Shown: piece after piece, positions 41,212 to 54,706 of the stretch | Position numbering within the stretch: the stretch's first letter is position 1 | Layout of the letters: each line of letters begins with the position of its first letter | Assembly (NCBI RefSeq): GCF_000485595.1 | Contig: NW_014577080.1 | Span: 264,970-328,969, forward strand | From: Priapulus caudatus | Lineage: Eukaryota | Direction of reading: 5' to 3' | Length of the DNA stretch: 64,000 nt | Made by a program: the position numbers and the translations under genes | Notes under the pieces: generated by a model | What the model was told of the DNA's origin: nothing | Database searches by the model: none | The model's input: only the letters and a program-made list of their open reading frames with translations

Positions 41212-43720
41212 GGGAGAAAGAAGAAGAGAAAGAGAGAAGGGGAGACATTTATGTAATCACTGAGCGCTTGCAATATAGGGTACATAACAGATAATTTATA
41301 TTAGCCTAAGCTTGCCTCACTCCCAAATAGTCTTGGTAAAATCTTTTTTATTAAATTACTACCGTGCGTAAATTGTGTAAATTTGCCAATTAGGAATAAC
41401 ATTCATTCAACTGAACAGAAATTGAATATGATGAATATCATAAATATGTAACAAATCTGAGGTGGATTGAGACATGTGGTCAAACTGTAATCCAGCCAGC
41501 CATTCTCGAGACGTCTCACTAGATGATAGACGATTTCTCTTGTCTTGCGATCTTATGAATTTGAATGCGCCCATATCTATATCTGTGCTTTTCGTGTAAC
41601 ATTTCCTGTGAGATGAATAGCATCTCTAGACTGATGTGTGTGTGGCAGCAGAAACGTTGAGTAGCGACACTGACATGTCAAGAATCTGCCGCGATCGTTA
41701 CGGACATTGATTACAGCTGGGTGAAACTGTCCGGTAAGCTCCATTGCTCACGTGTGGGAACGTCCGAGATCAGAGACGCCGAGTTCTGATGCGGGAAAAA
41801 AAAGATCGCTCCTGTATATAATATGGAAGGTTTTGCCAGAGGCATGCATGCAGGTTGGCGCACGAACCCGCGGTATCTCCTAGTTTCTCCTAGTATAGCT
41901 CGAGGCGTGCTGACTGAGTGCAACCCTGCGTCTTTCACATCGAAACAAACCCCACACTGTGCAGGAAAGCATCGCTAAGAATATCGTGAGCCGTTCGTAG
42001 CGCATTGTTCAGTTTTAATTACATGAGCGCGGCGCAGCTCGCACGGGGTTGCGTGGTTGCGAGCGATCCGGGGGGAATGATCGAGAGATGGTCGGTCGGC
42101 ATGGTCACATCGCGTTGGCGTGTATGGGGCGCGATGATCAACCGGCCGCCTTAGAAGCTAGCGACCACCGACCAGTCACGAACCCAGCGCTCTAAGCACG
42201 CTCGCGTACGTGAGAATATGAACTCTGTGACACTGTCGAAAAGTCAGAGTCAGCCACGCTGGCTTGCTGGGCCAACAGAAGCAGCATTGTTGAGCGGGAT
42301 AGATGTTCAAAGGCATTCTTTTCTCGGATTCATCGGTGGCGAGGCTTTGTTCAGTCGTGTATCGTCGTGCACACCGGCGTACACCTGAGAACAGGTTTGT
42401 GGATATTGCTGGTCAGTTGCACCGACAAGCTGATGAAACGCGGGGGAAAACTCGCGTAGCAGAAATGTCAAATTCTTGATTTTAGTCGTCCCTAATGCCT
42501 TTGTTCACAGTGGTAATGAGCCGCGCATCGCTGAGGTCGTGGCGTGGTTACACGTGACTGCACCGATCTAGAAAATCCGTTGACACGAACGAAACAACGT
42601 TGTTTTTTGCTCGGAAGCGATCGCTGGAATTTTAGCAATGAAGGAACACGGACTATCTCACACAATTTTCTGTTCAGATGGTGGAGAAAATTAAGATCCA
42701 TTAGAGTGCGTGTAATCTTCTAACTGGGCGGAATTATCTTATTACTATTTATTTTAAGGCTGTAACTATCGGATAACTATTATATCTGCGGAAAGTGGGC
42801 TCCAGTCTTTGTGTGTTCTCACGCCTATCACCTCCATCAGATGCTTCGCATAATTGCGATGTCAAATTCTCAAGTAATTAGTCATGAAATCTGAGACTGC
42901 CATCGCTGGGGGTGATTTATCTCGGTTGCTATTAGGTATAGTCAGAGTAGGCACATGTCAAGAGTATCATTAGAATAACGAATGATGTAACGATCGTTTA
43001 ACTATAAATGATCGGTTTATATCTGACAGTACTCGCATATGTTATCTCTAACCACAAAGTAATCTCCGTTTGATATTGCGTCAACACACTAGACCAGTTA
43101 TCGGGTTATGTTAGCGGTCTATATAATGGATAATTATATTATCTGTCTCACTTACCATTCTTACTTTTGAAATAAAAAAATTCGCAGATTGAAGCCGTTC
43201 AGCGGGTGCAAATAGGTCTAACATATTGTATAATTAAGTCCTCGGCATTCGAGTGAAGAATTGTTGTGCTCTCTGTCTCTTTACCATCGTACAGTCCGTA
43301 GAAAATATATCTTCTACATGGTTGTAATGGAACGGAATATAAATTTATTATAAAAATATATAATAAATATGAATATCAAATTGATATCAAATTGTGCGAG
43401 AGCTGTCAGATCGTAGGTGACGGAAGTAAATTATCGGACAGTTGATACTCAGGGTCTTGCTCAGTAGATTATACCACTTTTACCCTTACTAACACTATCT
43501 TTACGTATGATTCAGATTGCGTGTATCCTTCGTTGATAAATACATTCAATCGTATTCCAGTATTCGGGCAGTAAATTAATTTAATCAAATTAACACAATG
43601 ATACTTACACCTCACTGTCATTAAATTGCAATAGGCAGTTAGCTATGCCGTGCTATTATTATTATTAAGGATGTGATATTAATATTGATCTAAAATCAAA
43701 GCAGACTGACACAATAGCAG

Positions 43721-43797
43721 CAGGAGTGAATAATAGAGATTCACTATTATCACTATTATCACTATTCGATATAGAGATTCTCTATTATTCACTCCTG
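43721..43797. mobile_element. 77-bp hairpin micro-MITE
   Basis: 19-bp TIR CAGGAGTGAATAATAGAGA with a perfect 7-bp TSD ATAGCAG. Confidence 0.85.
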
Positions 43798-44764
43798 ATA
43801 GCAGCATATGCCATCTTACAAAGGCACGCACCTAATCACGCATACACTCCGCACGCACGCACACATACCCGTACGTGCATGCACGTACACATGGGCACAC
43901 ACGCGCGCACGGCAATAGGTAGTCGCATGTAATTTGTGGCACTTGGTGGCATCTTGTCGTTGATTGAGAGCTGCTCTTCAAGCCCGACGTGTTACTCCGT
44001 TAGAAAGCGGGTGATTCATACCTATACGTCAATGTTCACGCTAGCCGCTACTGCGGCGTCGTGTAGCAGCATGCGCTCCCGTAGCAGCTATAGCTCCCGT
44101 GTCACATCCTCTAACCTAGATGTGATGAACGAGAGTCTGAACGAGCTCTCGACGCCCTTCTCACCGCTGCGTTTCAGTTAAGCGTAAAAAGAGTAATCGA
44201 TGTCTTGTTCGCATGCTCACGATCGAATTCTGCGCGCGGCATTGTGCGGACGAATTCAAAGAATTCCTGCTCATCGCGCGAGGAGAATTGTTTTCGCGAT
44301 GAAGACTGCTGACCTAGCTGGCATTCAGCGGTTCGCGCGTGTGCGCATGCGCGCGCTTCGCATCTGAAAGCGGCATAGTTTGTGGCTTCATTGTTGTGCG
44401 CAAGCTGCGCGGTTAATTGCTCCCATTGTTCGCAGCTAGTTTAGGGAAACCAGTCGCCCGCGCATGAATAATAAACGCGCCGATTGGCGCCCCGCCGAGA
44501 AATTCAGTAGGGATAAACTGTCCTCTACTCCACACTCATGCATATGAGCATATAAGCCCGCCCAAAAATTCATCAGGTTAGCAGGAGAGTGTGGAGTAGA
44601 TGGCAGTATATCGCCCATGCATCGCCTCGTCGATATGTTGCCAATCGGTGGGAGAGGAATGATCCTAGTAACTTTGCCAAAACTTCGCTATCGCCTGGCT
44701 GTTTGTCAAATGTTCGCTACGTCCTTGCACCACTGCAATGTGATCCCCGTTATAATGATAATAT

Positions 44765-44801
44765 CAGAAGTAGATAATAGGGTCCCTATTATCTACTTCT
44801 G
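44765..44801. mobile_element. 37-bp hairpin micro-MITE
   Basis: CAGAAGTAGATAATAGGG-T-CCCTATTATCTACTTCTG with a perfect 7-bp TSD ATAATAT. Confidence 0.85.
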
Positions 44802-44949
44802 ATAATATATAACTCTCTCGCTCTCTGGATGCAACCGGATTCGGAAAATCTAAAGTGTTAATGATGTACTCAATCGATTTGAGATGCTAGATATAGCTAC
44901 TGGAAAGAAGTGTTAAACGGCACAAACACCAGCCACTATATTCTTCTTC

Positions 44950-45054
44950 ACTATTTACTATAGGGAACTATTTACTATAGTACTATTTACTATTTACTAG
45001 TACTATTTACTAGTACTATTTACGAGTACTATTTACTATAGTATACTATACTAT
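44950..45054. repeat. ~13-bp minisatellite (TACTATTTACTAG)n
   Basis: About 7 imperfect units. Confidence 0.85.
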
Positions 45055-45596
45055 ATTCGTGTAGCGATTTCAAAAGTCAGCGGCATAAATCTGCGAGTAA
45101 CATTTAGTGGCTGTAAACGTTCACGCAGGTCGTAATTTGAGTACGACAAACTTAACAACGCTACCTTGCAATAAAAATGTTCGAGTTTTGTCTTCGTGGT
45201 TTTTTGATGCTCCCGCCGATGTTACATTACTTTGATTAGACTTGCGCAGACGCTTTCCGCGTCAGTCTGACTGCGCTGCCGTCTTTTTGTTGCCGAAAAT
45301 TCCCCGCAACACCGTGTCAAAAACACGTACAAAGAAACAACTACGTCCGACATAATGGCATTCATTTTCGAGCATTCAGTGTTCCGAATTTTCTGCCTCC
45401 ACCCTGCTTGCGGGAATTGCGTCTCTTTTGAAGCGGTTGCGCACGCCAGCGACCTCCGCTGGTGTCCAGCGTGACCGAGTCTCGCAGAGGGCATCGTCCT
45501 CTGGGGGGGAGGGATGCTTGATCTACGGGCTGGTGTGTGTGTGTTGTGCTGCGTTATTTCAAATGGTGCATGTATGCATGACAGACGGCTTGTTGT

Positions 45597-45647
<51 letters not shown>

Positions 45648-45860
45648 GTCGTCGTTCCATGGCTTAGTCTACGGCGAGCGAAACGTTTCACTGCCACTCG
45701 TTGTTACGCACAGTCTCTCACAATGTCTTTCTATCTTTATCTCTATCTTTACCCCTATCTCTGTCTACTTTCCCTTTCTCTCTACTTTCTCGTTCTCTCG
45801 CTCTCTCCTCTCTCCCACTCTCTTCTCTTCTATCCCCTTCTCTTCCTCTATCTTACTGCC

Positions 45861-45916
<56 letters not shown>

Positions 45917-46089
45917 TCTTTCTCTCTCACTCCTATTTTTTCTCTCATATGCTTTGTGCACTCTCTATTCTCTACATCCCTCCCTCTCCCGTATTTTCTT
46001 GCTCTTGCACTATCTATTTCACATCTTGGTATCTATTTCTCTTGCTATTTCACACACATATACGCGCACAGGCGCACACCCCTCTATCT

Positions 46090-46139
<50 letters not shown>

Positions 46140-46190
46140 ATCCCTTCTCTCTTGCTCTCTGTCTGTCTGACTCTCTCTCTCCTCTCTATT
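45597..46190. repeat. (TCATCG)n followed by CT-rich / (CT)n tracts
   Basis: Directly visible. Confidence 0.9.
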
Positions 46191-46418
46191 CGTCACTATC
46201 TATTTCTTTCTGTCGGTACTTTATCATTGCCTTATCTCTGCGCCTGAACTGCGCAACCGAGAGCGGCGCATCAGCAAACTTGTTTTCGGAGTCCATCGAT
46301 TCATCGCGCCTTGCCTCGACACGAGCCGAACCCCGCGATCTTTCCAGCTTCCTTCTCGCCGTGACGGACGGCCGGTCTCCATGCACGTACAGTCGAAATC
46401 CCCGTCGCACACCACCAC

Positions 46419-46459
46419 CAGAGCCGTATATATAGAGAGTCTCTATATATACGGCTCTG
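46419..46459. mobile_element. 41-bp hairpin micro-MITE (different TIR family)
   Basis: CAGAGCCGTATATATAGAGA-G-TCTCTATATATACGGCTCTG; flanks ACCACCAC / ACCACTAC (8 bp, 1 mismatch). Confidence 0.8.
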
Positions 46460-47537
46460 ACCACTACTAGCCGAGACGCGGATGAAATATTGCGGATTGT
46501 CATCGGCGAGCCGTTTGCTTCGCCGCACAATGAGCCGGTGTAGAGTAGAGAGGATGGGATGGCCCAGGACGCGTAGATTTGACACACAGCATCATCGCAA
46601 GCGCTGGTGGCTCGTTTCTCATAAATCAACTCTCGTCTTCACTTCTCGCTCCGCACACGAATGTGGGAATCTACTGACAGCGAGGCAAATAGTCGGTGTA
46701 TATGCAGCTGTGTATATAGTGCTATAATATATATATAACACTCACTCACTCAGTTAATCAATCAATCAACTACTCACCCACCCACTCACTCACTCACTCG
46801 CGCAGTTAATCAGTCGGTCGGTCCGTCCGTCCGTCGGTGCGTCCGTCCGTCCGTCGGCCGGTCAGCCAGCCAGCCACACAGCCCAGTCAGTGAGTCTTTT
46901 CTCGCCGATCGCTAAAACATCTTAAATTCATAATCAGTAAGAGCCTCGCTGATATTCATTGTGCGAAAGCTTTATGGATTTAGCGCATACACTTCGTCGC
47001 AACTCATATATATCAGTTTGTAGCATGATGTACAGTAGGTAGTCGTTAAGCTGTAGTTTGTAATCAAGAAGACCCGACAACTGCTCACGGATGCAACACA
47101 CAGGGCTACTGCGCATAATCTGTTAGCTCGTCTGTATACGAGATGGCTCGGTGGCTTTGAAATTATATTTTGCTCTTTAAAGACATGTACTGCCTTTCTG
47201 ATATATATAACGTGTCATCATGAAAGGGCCTCTGATGACAAAACGGGGTTCCCATATTGCGGCGTGCAATGTGTTTCATAGCCTGCCTGTTCCATTAGGA
47301 GTGAGAACCTATATTACCTGTCTATGTATATAGCACGTAAAGCCGATGCTGATAAAATAGCCGCAGCGTGAAAAAGCCGCAGCGTGACGTTTTTACCGTC
47401 ACTGTTATTATAGTAGTGTCCCTGTATTTGGTTAGCTGGCATGCGCGTCGCGGCAATTTTGAGGTGACTGGATAATTTTTCTGTTATAGTAGTAGCATTG
47501 TGCTATAGAGGAGGTGCGCGCTAGCTTGTCTGCCACG

Positions 47538-47539
47538 CA

Positions 47540-47574
<35 letters not shown>

Positions 47575-49712
47575 GGTATACAGAGGCGCGGTGTGCGTGT
47601 GTATCTGCTACTGTGCACCGCCGCCACACACCGCGCAGGCCTGCCTGCCTGACTGCCTGTGCTGCCTGCCTGCCTGCCTGTGCTGCCTGCCTGCCTGCCT
47701 GTGCTGCCTGCCTGCCTGCCTGACTGCCTGTGCTGCCTGCCTGCCTGCCTGACTGCCTGTGCTGCCTGCCTGTGCTGCCTGCCTGCCTGCTNNNNNNNNN
47801 NNNNNNNNNNNNNNNNNNNNNNNNNNNNNNNNNNNNNNNNNNNNNNNNNNNNNNNNNNNNNNNNNNNNNNNNNNNNNNNNNNNNNNNNNNNNNNNNNNNN
47901 NNNNNNNNNNNNNNNNNNNNNNNNNNNNNNNNNNNNNNNNNNNNNNNNNNNNNNNNNNNNNNNNNNNNNNNNNNNNNNNNNNNNNNNNNNNNNNNNNNNN
48001 NNNNNNNNNNNNNNNNNNNNNNNNNNNNNNNNNNNNNNNNNNNNNNNNNNNNNNNNNNNNNNNNNNNNNNNNNNNNNNNNNNNNNNNNNNNNNNNNNNNN
48101 NNNNNNNNNNNNNNNNNNNNNNNNNNNNNNNNNNNNNNNNNNNNNNNNNNNNNNNNNNNNNNNNNNNNNNNNNNNNNNNNNNNNNNNNNNNNNNNNNNNN
48201 NNNNNNNNNNNNNNNNNNNNNNNNNNNNNNNNNNNNNNNNNNNNNNNNNNNNNNNNNNNNNNNNNNNNNNNNNNNNNNNNNNNNNNNNNNNNNNNNNNNN
48301 NNNNNNNNNNNNNNNNNNNNNNNNNNNNNNNNNNNNNNNNNNNNNNNNNNNNNNNNNNNNNNNNNNNNNNNNNNNNNNNNNNNNNNNNNNNNNNNNNNNN
48401 NNNNNNNNNNNNNNNNNNNNNNNNNNNNNNNNNNNNNNNNNNNNNNNNNNNNNNNNNNNNNNNNNNNNNNNNNNNNNNNNNNNNNNNNNNNNNNNNNNNN
48501 NNNNNNNNNNNNNNCTTGAACTCTCGCCGTGGCGCTGCGGCTGCTTGGCATTGGACACTACGCGATGGAAGTGGAGACCCTTAATTCTTGCCTGCGAAAT
48601 AGCACTTGCTCGTGGAAGAACCTACGCGCGTCGTGGGTTATACTTACTGGCCATGCGCGCTGTGCGCGTCTGCTCACATGCCTGCAGGTGAGTGTGGCCG
48701 GTGATAGATCTGCTGCTTGCCTTTGACCCTGCTTGACAAACTGCAGGAAACTGTGCCTAACCGTGCTTGCCTGCGTTGCCTGCCTGACGTTTGACCTGGC
48801 CTGCGCTGCTGCTACCTGCAACGTTTGTTTGACAGAGACAGACAGAGACAGACAGAGACAGACAGAGACAGACAGAGACAGACAGAGACAGACAGAGACA
48901 GACAGAGACAGACAGAGACAGACAGAAAGACAGAGAGCCAGAAAGACAGAGAGACAGAGACAGAGAGACAGAGACAGAGACAGAGACAGAGACAGAGACA
49001 GAGACAGAGACAGAGACAGAGACAGAGACAGAGACAGAGACAGAGACAGAGACAGAGAGACAGAGAGACAGAGAGACAGAGAGACAGAGACAGAGTGAGA
49101 GAGGCAGGGCGAGAGAACGAGCTCCCACTCTGTCAGCCGAGGAATCCTCACGGTTCAGCACCGAATTGGCGCACCGAGTTGCTGCTGCCGCCGTTGCCTG
49201 CCTGCCTGTATCGATCACCGAGTGTCCGTGCCTTCACCGAGCACACGTACCGACACATATGACTTATAGTCGAGCTATTCGGCGTAGCGCCTGTCCCGCC
49301 AAAGATGCCGTTATTGTATTTGCTAGACCGAGCTCGCTTTCTTTGATACACGGCTTCGCTTCCTCTGTGCTATCGCCGACGTGTGTGTACCGACCGCGAT
49401 TTTTCGCTGTCGCGTCGGTGGCTGGAGACGCGGGCGTTAGATTTATCAGTTACTAGCACATCGATTCGATGGTTTCATTTACTTAGAAACGTGTAGTTAT
49501 TGGCGTGCGCAATAGACGAGAAAAAACCTCGACCGTGATAATTTGTTCACAGAAATCCCTGCAATGTGAACGAGCCCTGTGAGAGCAGCATCGCCAGTAG
49601 TAGTAGTAGTAGCAGCAGCATCGCCAGCATTGCAGCAGCAGCAGCATCGTCAGCATCGCCAGCCATGCAACATTGCAGCAGCAGCAGTAGCAGTAGTAGT
49701 AGCACCACTACC

Positions 49713-49760
<48 letters not shown>
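47538..49760. repeat. Microsatellite-rich block: (CTG)n, (GCCT)n, gap, (GAGACA)n, (AGC/AGT)n
   Basis: Directly visible, interspersed with unique sequence. Confidence 0.9.
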
Positions 49761-49764
<4 letters not shown>

Positions 49765-51703
49765 GTGTGTTCTGCGGCTTCTGCCTCGATCACACGCACG
49801 CGTCTCTACTCGGCAAATTCGCCGACCCGCAAAGCATTACCCGGCAAATTCGCTGACAGTAGATAGACGCGCGGGCGATACAAGCTTGACATTGCTGTAC
49901 AGCAGCAGCAGCGAGCGGGAAAAACGCCAACAAACTAGAATTTATGCGATTTTTTCTTCCGCTGGCGACAGCGTCAGATCATGTAGAGCAAGATGCGACT
50001 CGTCCGCGTTAGATATGGGCAGCGAGACCGGACGATGGAGACAAAATCATACTTTACAAAACTTCTCGCCGTGGTTAACGATCTTCAGCCGGCTAACCCC
50101 ATTGAAATGGGTTTTCCGCGCTAAAATCCCCCATTTCCCCGACGGAGACCGCAATGCTGACCCCTCGGCGAAGGGGTTTACTGCCGCGCTGCACAATGCT
50201 CGCCGCGTATGACTGTCTAGTTCACACGCGAGCGGGTTTCGATGGCTGAGCACTCACTCAAACGTGGGCTCGGCCATTAAACTGACTTTTGAATTAAGAA
50301 GAATGCTCGGCGGTGGCGAGCCGAGGAAATGATTATGATGATTTGTTTGCGTTGTGGTGACGACGCACAGCGAAATTTATGTGGAGTCAGCAGTGTGAAA
50401 TTGACTAATGTAGGCATTTGCCTCCCAGAAGAATTCGGTTGCAAATTGGGTCTCAAGTGTCACTGTTCCATTTGGGCTTAAGCCGTGTTGTGAAATTGGT
50501 GAAATTGTATTTGCACAAAAAAGTCGCTGAGGGTTTTGTTCGGGAGAAGACCGCTTTCTGGAAAGGGGGCTCGCTACCTACTCGTTGAAAGCAACAGTCG
50601 ACGCAGGCATTATGTATGTAGCTGGCGAGTCACGATTTCTGTTACCGGGAGCGGCGTGCTGGCCGGACTCAAGTGCTATTCCAGCCCAGCGTAAGCACTC
50701 CGCTCTGCGTTCAACGACCTATAGAATATCACCTGTCTAATATCTATCTATCTACACGCTGAAAGGCTATTAATATTTCATCAATCATACACAATGTTGT
50801 TTTATGATAATCGCGCGCTGTATGATAATTTTGAAAAAAAGCCCCGCAGCTGCAAGCGTGCGACGCGTTGTTCGCTGACCGTTGACCAAGACTCGTTAGC
50901 TCGCTTCTACAGGTGCGATGTGAACGCTTCTTTGTTGTCGAAACTTATTATTATATTTATTATTAGACTGGGGGAAAAATCTCGCACGAGCACGTGCACG
51001 ATAGCAGTATTCTTGTCATCATCTGTGCTCTGCGTAGAATCGATGGCTAGGCCTCGGCCCTGTTGTCGGGGCTCAGTCAGCTGCTCCTCGACATTTTCGT
51101 TGCAAGTTTTCGCCTAACAAAACTTTAATGACCATATGCACCAGTCCTACAAGCGGGCGGAATTTGTCCGGGGGAAAATTGCAACGTGTCTGCCTTCCCT
51201 GATTCACACACAAAGGCAAATTATTGTATATATACATTCTGCTCCGGAATTCACCAGATGTTTCGTCGACTAAAATTCAACGCATATGTTTTGGGCTGCA
51301 TGCCTGTTGAATTTTACCTTGTGAAATAGACTTAATGATGACTATGCCGAATAAAACTTACCAGCTGGTGAGCGTGGTTTGACATGAGGTTTTTTATTAT
51401 ATAGATTCTCGTTTCGTCTTGTCTGTTTTTATTCCGCATTATAAGATAACTAACGTCTCGCAGATTGTTAGAACAGGTGCAATGTCAAGGGCAGGCTGTG
51501 TCCTTGCACACGGAACAATTGATGGGCAAGCAAAGTGTAATTATTATTTCAATGTGCACAATAGTGTGAACATTGTACAATTAAGACACCGTACGTATGT
51601 AATATAGCATGCAGTCACCGATGATCGCCCACGTATCTTTAATGTTGACGAAACCGCAATAGATTGTAAAACAATTCCGGCGAAATCCATCCATGCCACT
51701 GAC

Positions 51704-51866
51704 CTGCAGGCATACCACTAAACCCATTATGGTATCGCTGGGTAGATGCCGGCGTGTGAGTGTGAGAAGGTGTAATATACGAGGGCGGAAGCTTGACATG
51801 CGTGGAATCCATAGTGTCACCAGGTCTGAGTAGCAATTGATGATCGCTCTCGCTGCAGGTGGGAAC
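51704..51866 (-). CDS. Possible mid-VWA exon of gene B
   Basis: Bounded by ATATTAG and CAG|GTCAGT. Frame FPPAARAIINCYSDL...RPRILHLLT loosely resembles the VWA helix-3/beta-4 segment. Confidence 0.25.
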
Positions 51867-53137
51867 CTAATATACACTCTTGTCTCTTGTTGTGTCTCTT
51901 TAGAATTCTCAGCCTGTCATCAAGTCAGGCCTCTATCCGGTCTACAGCGCATTCACCGCTACATACGCCAACGACGTGGTAATAAATGGGGGCAAAAGTG
52001 CCCTCCCCCTGTACCATAAATAGCCCCGGTTTTATTGGCAAATGGATGATTGCTTTTCTGCGGGGCGCAATACACAGTTATAGTGCCGGTTCTCCTCAAA
52101 TATTAGTTTGAGAACAGCCTCCTTTATTGTAGTGATTTAAGGTAATTACGTGCATTCTTTACACCACTGAGTCTGAGTGAGTGACCCTATATGCGACTCA
52201 TTCACGTAGCATGGCTTTCTGATTGTAGCCTGTGGTGCATGAATCATTGTCTGGCGTAGAGAGGCAATAAAGTGATTTACTACATTTATACGCTGATATG
52301 TAACGTTCATCTTGCATTAAGATTGCATGCTCCACAGGTGCCTAACGATTAAGGTAGTAAGTGGTGTGAAATCAGGGAGTGGGGTGTTACCGTCAGCTAG
52401 CCATAAAACCAGCAAATTTTTAAGAGAATCATGGGGATTTTAGATTAGTTTGCTAAAAGCCAGAGGAAGCCCCGCATATAAATAAGTCCGTACTTTTATT
52501 TACCCAGTGTCTTTTTCATCTTTAATGGCAAACCCTTCCAAGAAATTCATCGAATGTATTACAGGTGTCATACGAAAGTTTCGCACAGGATCTTCGACTT
52601 GAGCCTGTGATTTTTATTTAGTCGATCGCATGCCAATGTCACAAACAGTTGAGAAAGGCTGTCATGCCTAGAACTATGAAAGTAGTGCAATATCCCCCAG
52701 GGATACCGCGCTGGCTGCAGGGCTGCCAAGCGTAGTTATCGTTTCACATTATTGGCCGTTTCCCCCAGGTGGGCTTTTAGTCTAATAGTGATGAAACGGG
52801 AGGCGTATAGTATTTCTAAAGCTACAGTAGGGGTGGGTGGGTAGGTTGATTGAAGGACGTTTTGGGAAAAAAAGACATTCACAGAAAGGTGGAAAGCGAT
52901 ATATAGAGCGATCGTGGTTTATAACATGTGCATGGTTTTCAATCAGCATTCATTTGCAGGGGCATCTGGGAGGGAATCTGTGAATCAGACCGCTCGTCAA
53001 CTCGTGTGTGTTAATGTCTGTATAACCATCTCATCGCGTCTTACCTTCGCTCATTCGTCGTCGGGTTTCTTCATACACGCAGTGCACAATATTCGGATCA
53101 CACCATTTGCATGAATACAAGAATATATTCGTTGGAG

Positions 53138-53208
53138 TTTAGATATAGAATACAGATCGATCTCTTTTATACATATCTTCGATACATATCTTCTATTTTA
53201 TATCTATG
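53138..53208. mobile_element. Decayed hairpin micro-MITE (CATAGATATA type)
   Basis: TAGATATAGAATA ... TATTTTATATCTATG; flanks GTTGGAG / GTTGCAG (7 bp, 1 mismatch). The first two bases of the left TIR are mutated. Confidence 0.55.
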
Positions 53209-54094
53209 GTTGCAGGTTAGCCCCACTCGGAAAAGGCATATCTGCATATCGAGTGAGGTGCAGCGAAAGCTAATTTCATTTTCGTGGGCAGTAGTGCGCT
53301 TCGCAGTACTAGCGATAGCCAGGAGATGCTGATGATTTGGAATATATTTTGCAGGAGTGTTTGTTTGGAAAGTGTATGTTGCAGGTTTGCACACGCTGCC
53401 GAAATGCCGTCATTACCGTGAGCACGATAGTGATACACAGTCCCAGTTATTATGCAGACCATTTACAATGTATATTTTCTGACATGTTCTCTAAATAAAG
53501 ATCAAAGATAGGAAAAGACGGGAGTTCGTCGGTAACCTTACTTTCGTGGCTGTTTCGTGTCAATTAACCATGACGCTTTTACTAAAGTGTCTAGAATGTG
53601 GTGAAAAGCATTATAAAACACGAATTAACATATATGCGATCTGCAACAGGCGCAGTATCTCCATAATATATATATATATATACAGTCAAAATACTATGAA
53701 GAGCAGTAACATTGTAAGTAAAATAACGAACTTGATGGTTGTCTCAGTGGACAGAGTTGTTTAGCTAAACTAAGACGTACGTACCCGCAAGTAACATTTT
53801 ACTGCAGTCCAAATGGTTCTAAACAGCCACTAATGGACACGATTCCTTTGCTAGACGCTGAACCAGACGGTAAAGTCTGGCCCAGTGTTCGACTCAACTA
53901 TTCCATTCACAACGTCAAAGGTTCCGGGTTAAGGTTAAGCGTATCCCAAGTTTCAGGTTAAGGATTTAGGAGGAAACGTTTTAGAGTTAGGGTTTAGTTA
54001 TAAGTAAATAGACCCTAGCCCTAAGGAGCCATGGGCAAATCCCCTAATAGTAAACCTTACCAGAATAACATATTAGGCATGTATATATAGATAT

Positions 54095-54135
54095 CACGAG
54101 TAAAAGATCTCAAATTGAGATTATATATACTCCTG
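54095..54135. mobile_element. Decayed 41-bp hairpin micro-MITE
   Basis: CACGAGTA..ATCTCAA-A-TTGAGAT..TACTCCTG; flanks ATAGATAT / ACAGATAT (8 bp, 1 mismatch). Confidence 0.6.
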
Positions 54136-54605
54136 ACAGATATACACTTGATCGCTAGTATTGAAATGTAGCTTTTGATTAGCTAGTTCTGATGTTTTGA
54201 AATGTCGTGTAACGCGATAACGGTGAATTTGAATTTAATCGGATCATTTTGAATATTATATTACACATGAATGTATTTTTGTACACTTGCGATCCTACAT
54301 GATAGATTGGTGACATTGTACGGTTCATCGTTTGCCATTTATGTGTCATATCCGTCAAGTGTAACTGTTCTGTCGGGAAGTATTGGGTGACACGAAGGTG
54401 AGACTGTGTTCCCGCCATTCCCCTTAACGATTCGGGTTTACTATTCCTGTGTGAGTCACACCCTTAGCATCCCTGTGATGAGGGGAGGTCACACTCTCAG
54501 CATCCTCTTGATTATGGATTGGGTAATTATTTCCCGTGAAAGCTATAACAGTTTTCACAAGCATCCTCAACATAGTTCAGGTAGGAAGTTAAGTTAAAAT
54601 AGATA

Positions 54606-54663
54606 GTGTGTGCGTGCACGCGCGCGCGCGCGTGTGTGTGCGTGCGTGCGTGCGTGCTTGCGC

Positions 54664-54706
<43 letters not shown>

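Noticed and set aside
40888..44801. Hairpins as rho-independent terminators or miRNA precursors
   Set aside because: No U-tract or prokaryotic genes, and most are too short for pre-miRNAs. The flanking direct repeats indicate insertions.
46330..46385. Plus-strand FLLAVTDGRS resembling a VWA TDG motif
   Set aside because: Opposite strand to the other VWA pieces, no convincing splice boundaries and no other VWA motifs nearby.
47484..48691. ORFs of 280-355 aa spanning X runs (also near 22.6, 54.6, 58.0 and 59.6 kb)
   Set aside because: Their length comes from N gaps, not real sequence.
53925..54025. Degenerate TTAGGG-like motifs as telomeric repeat
   Set aside because: Scattered and imperfect, with no true tandem array.
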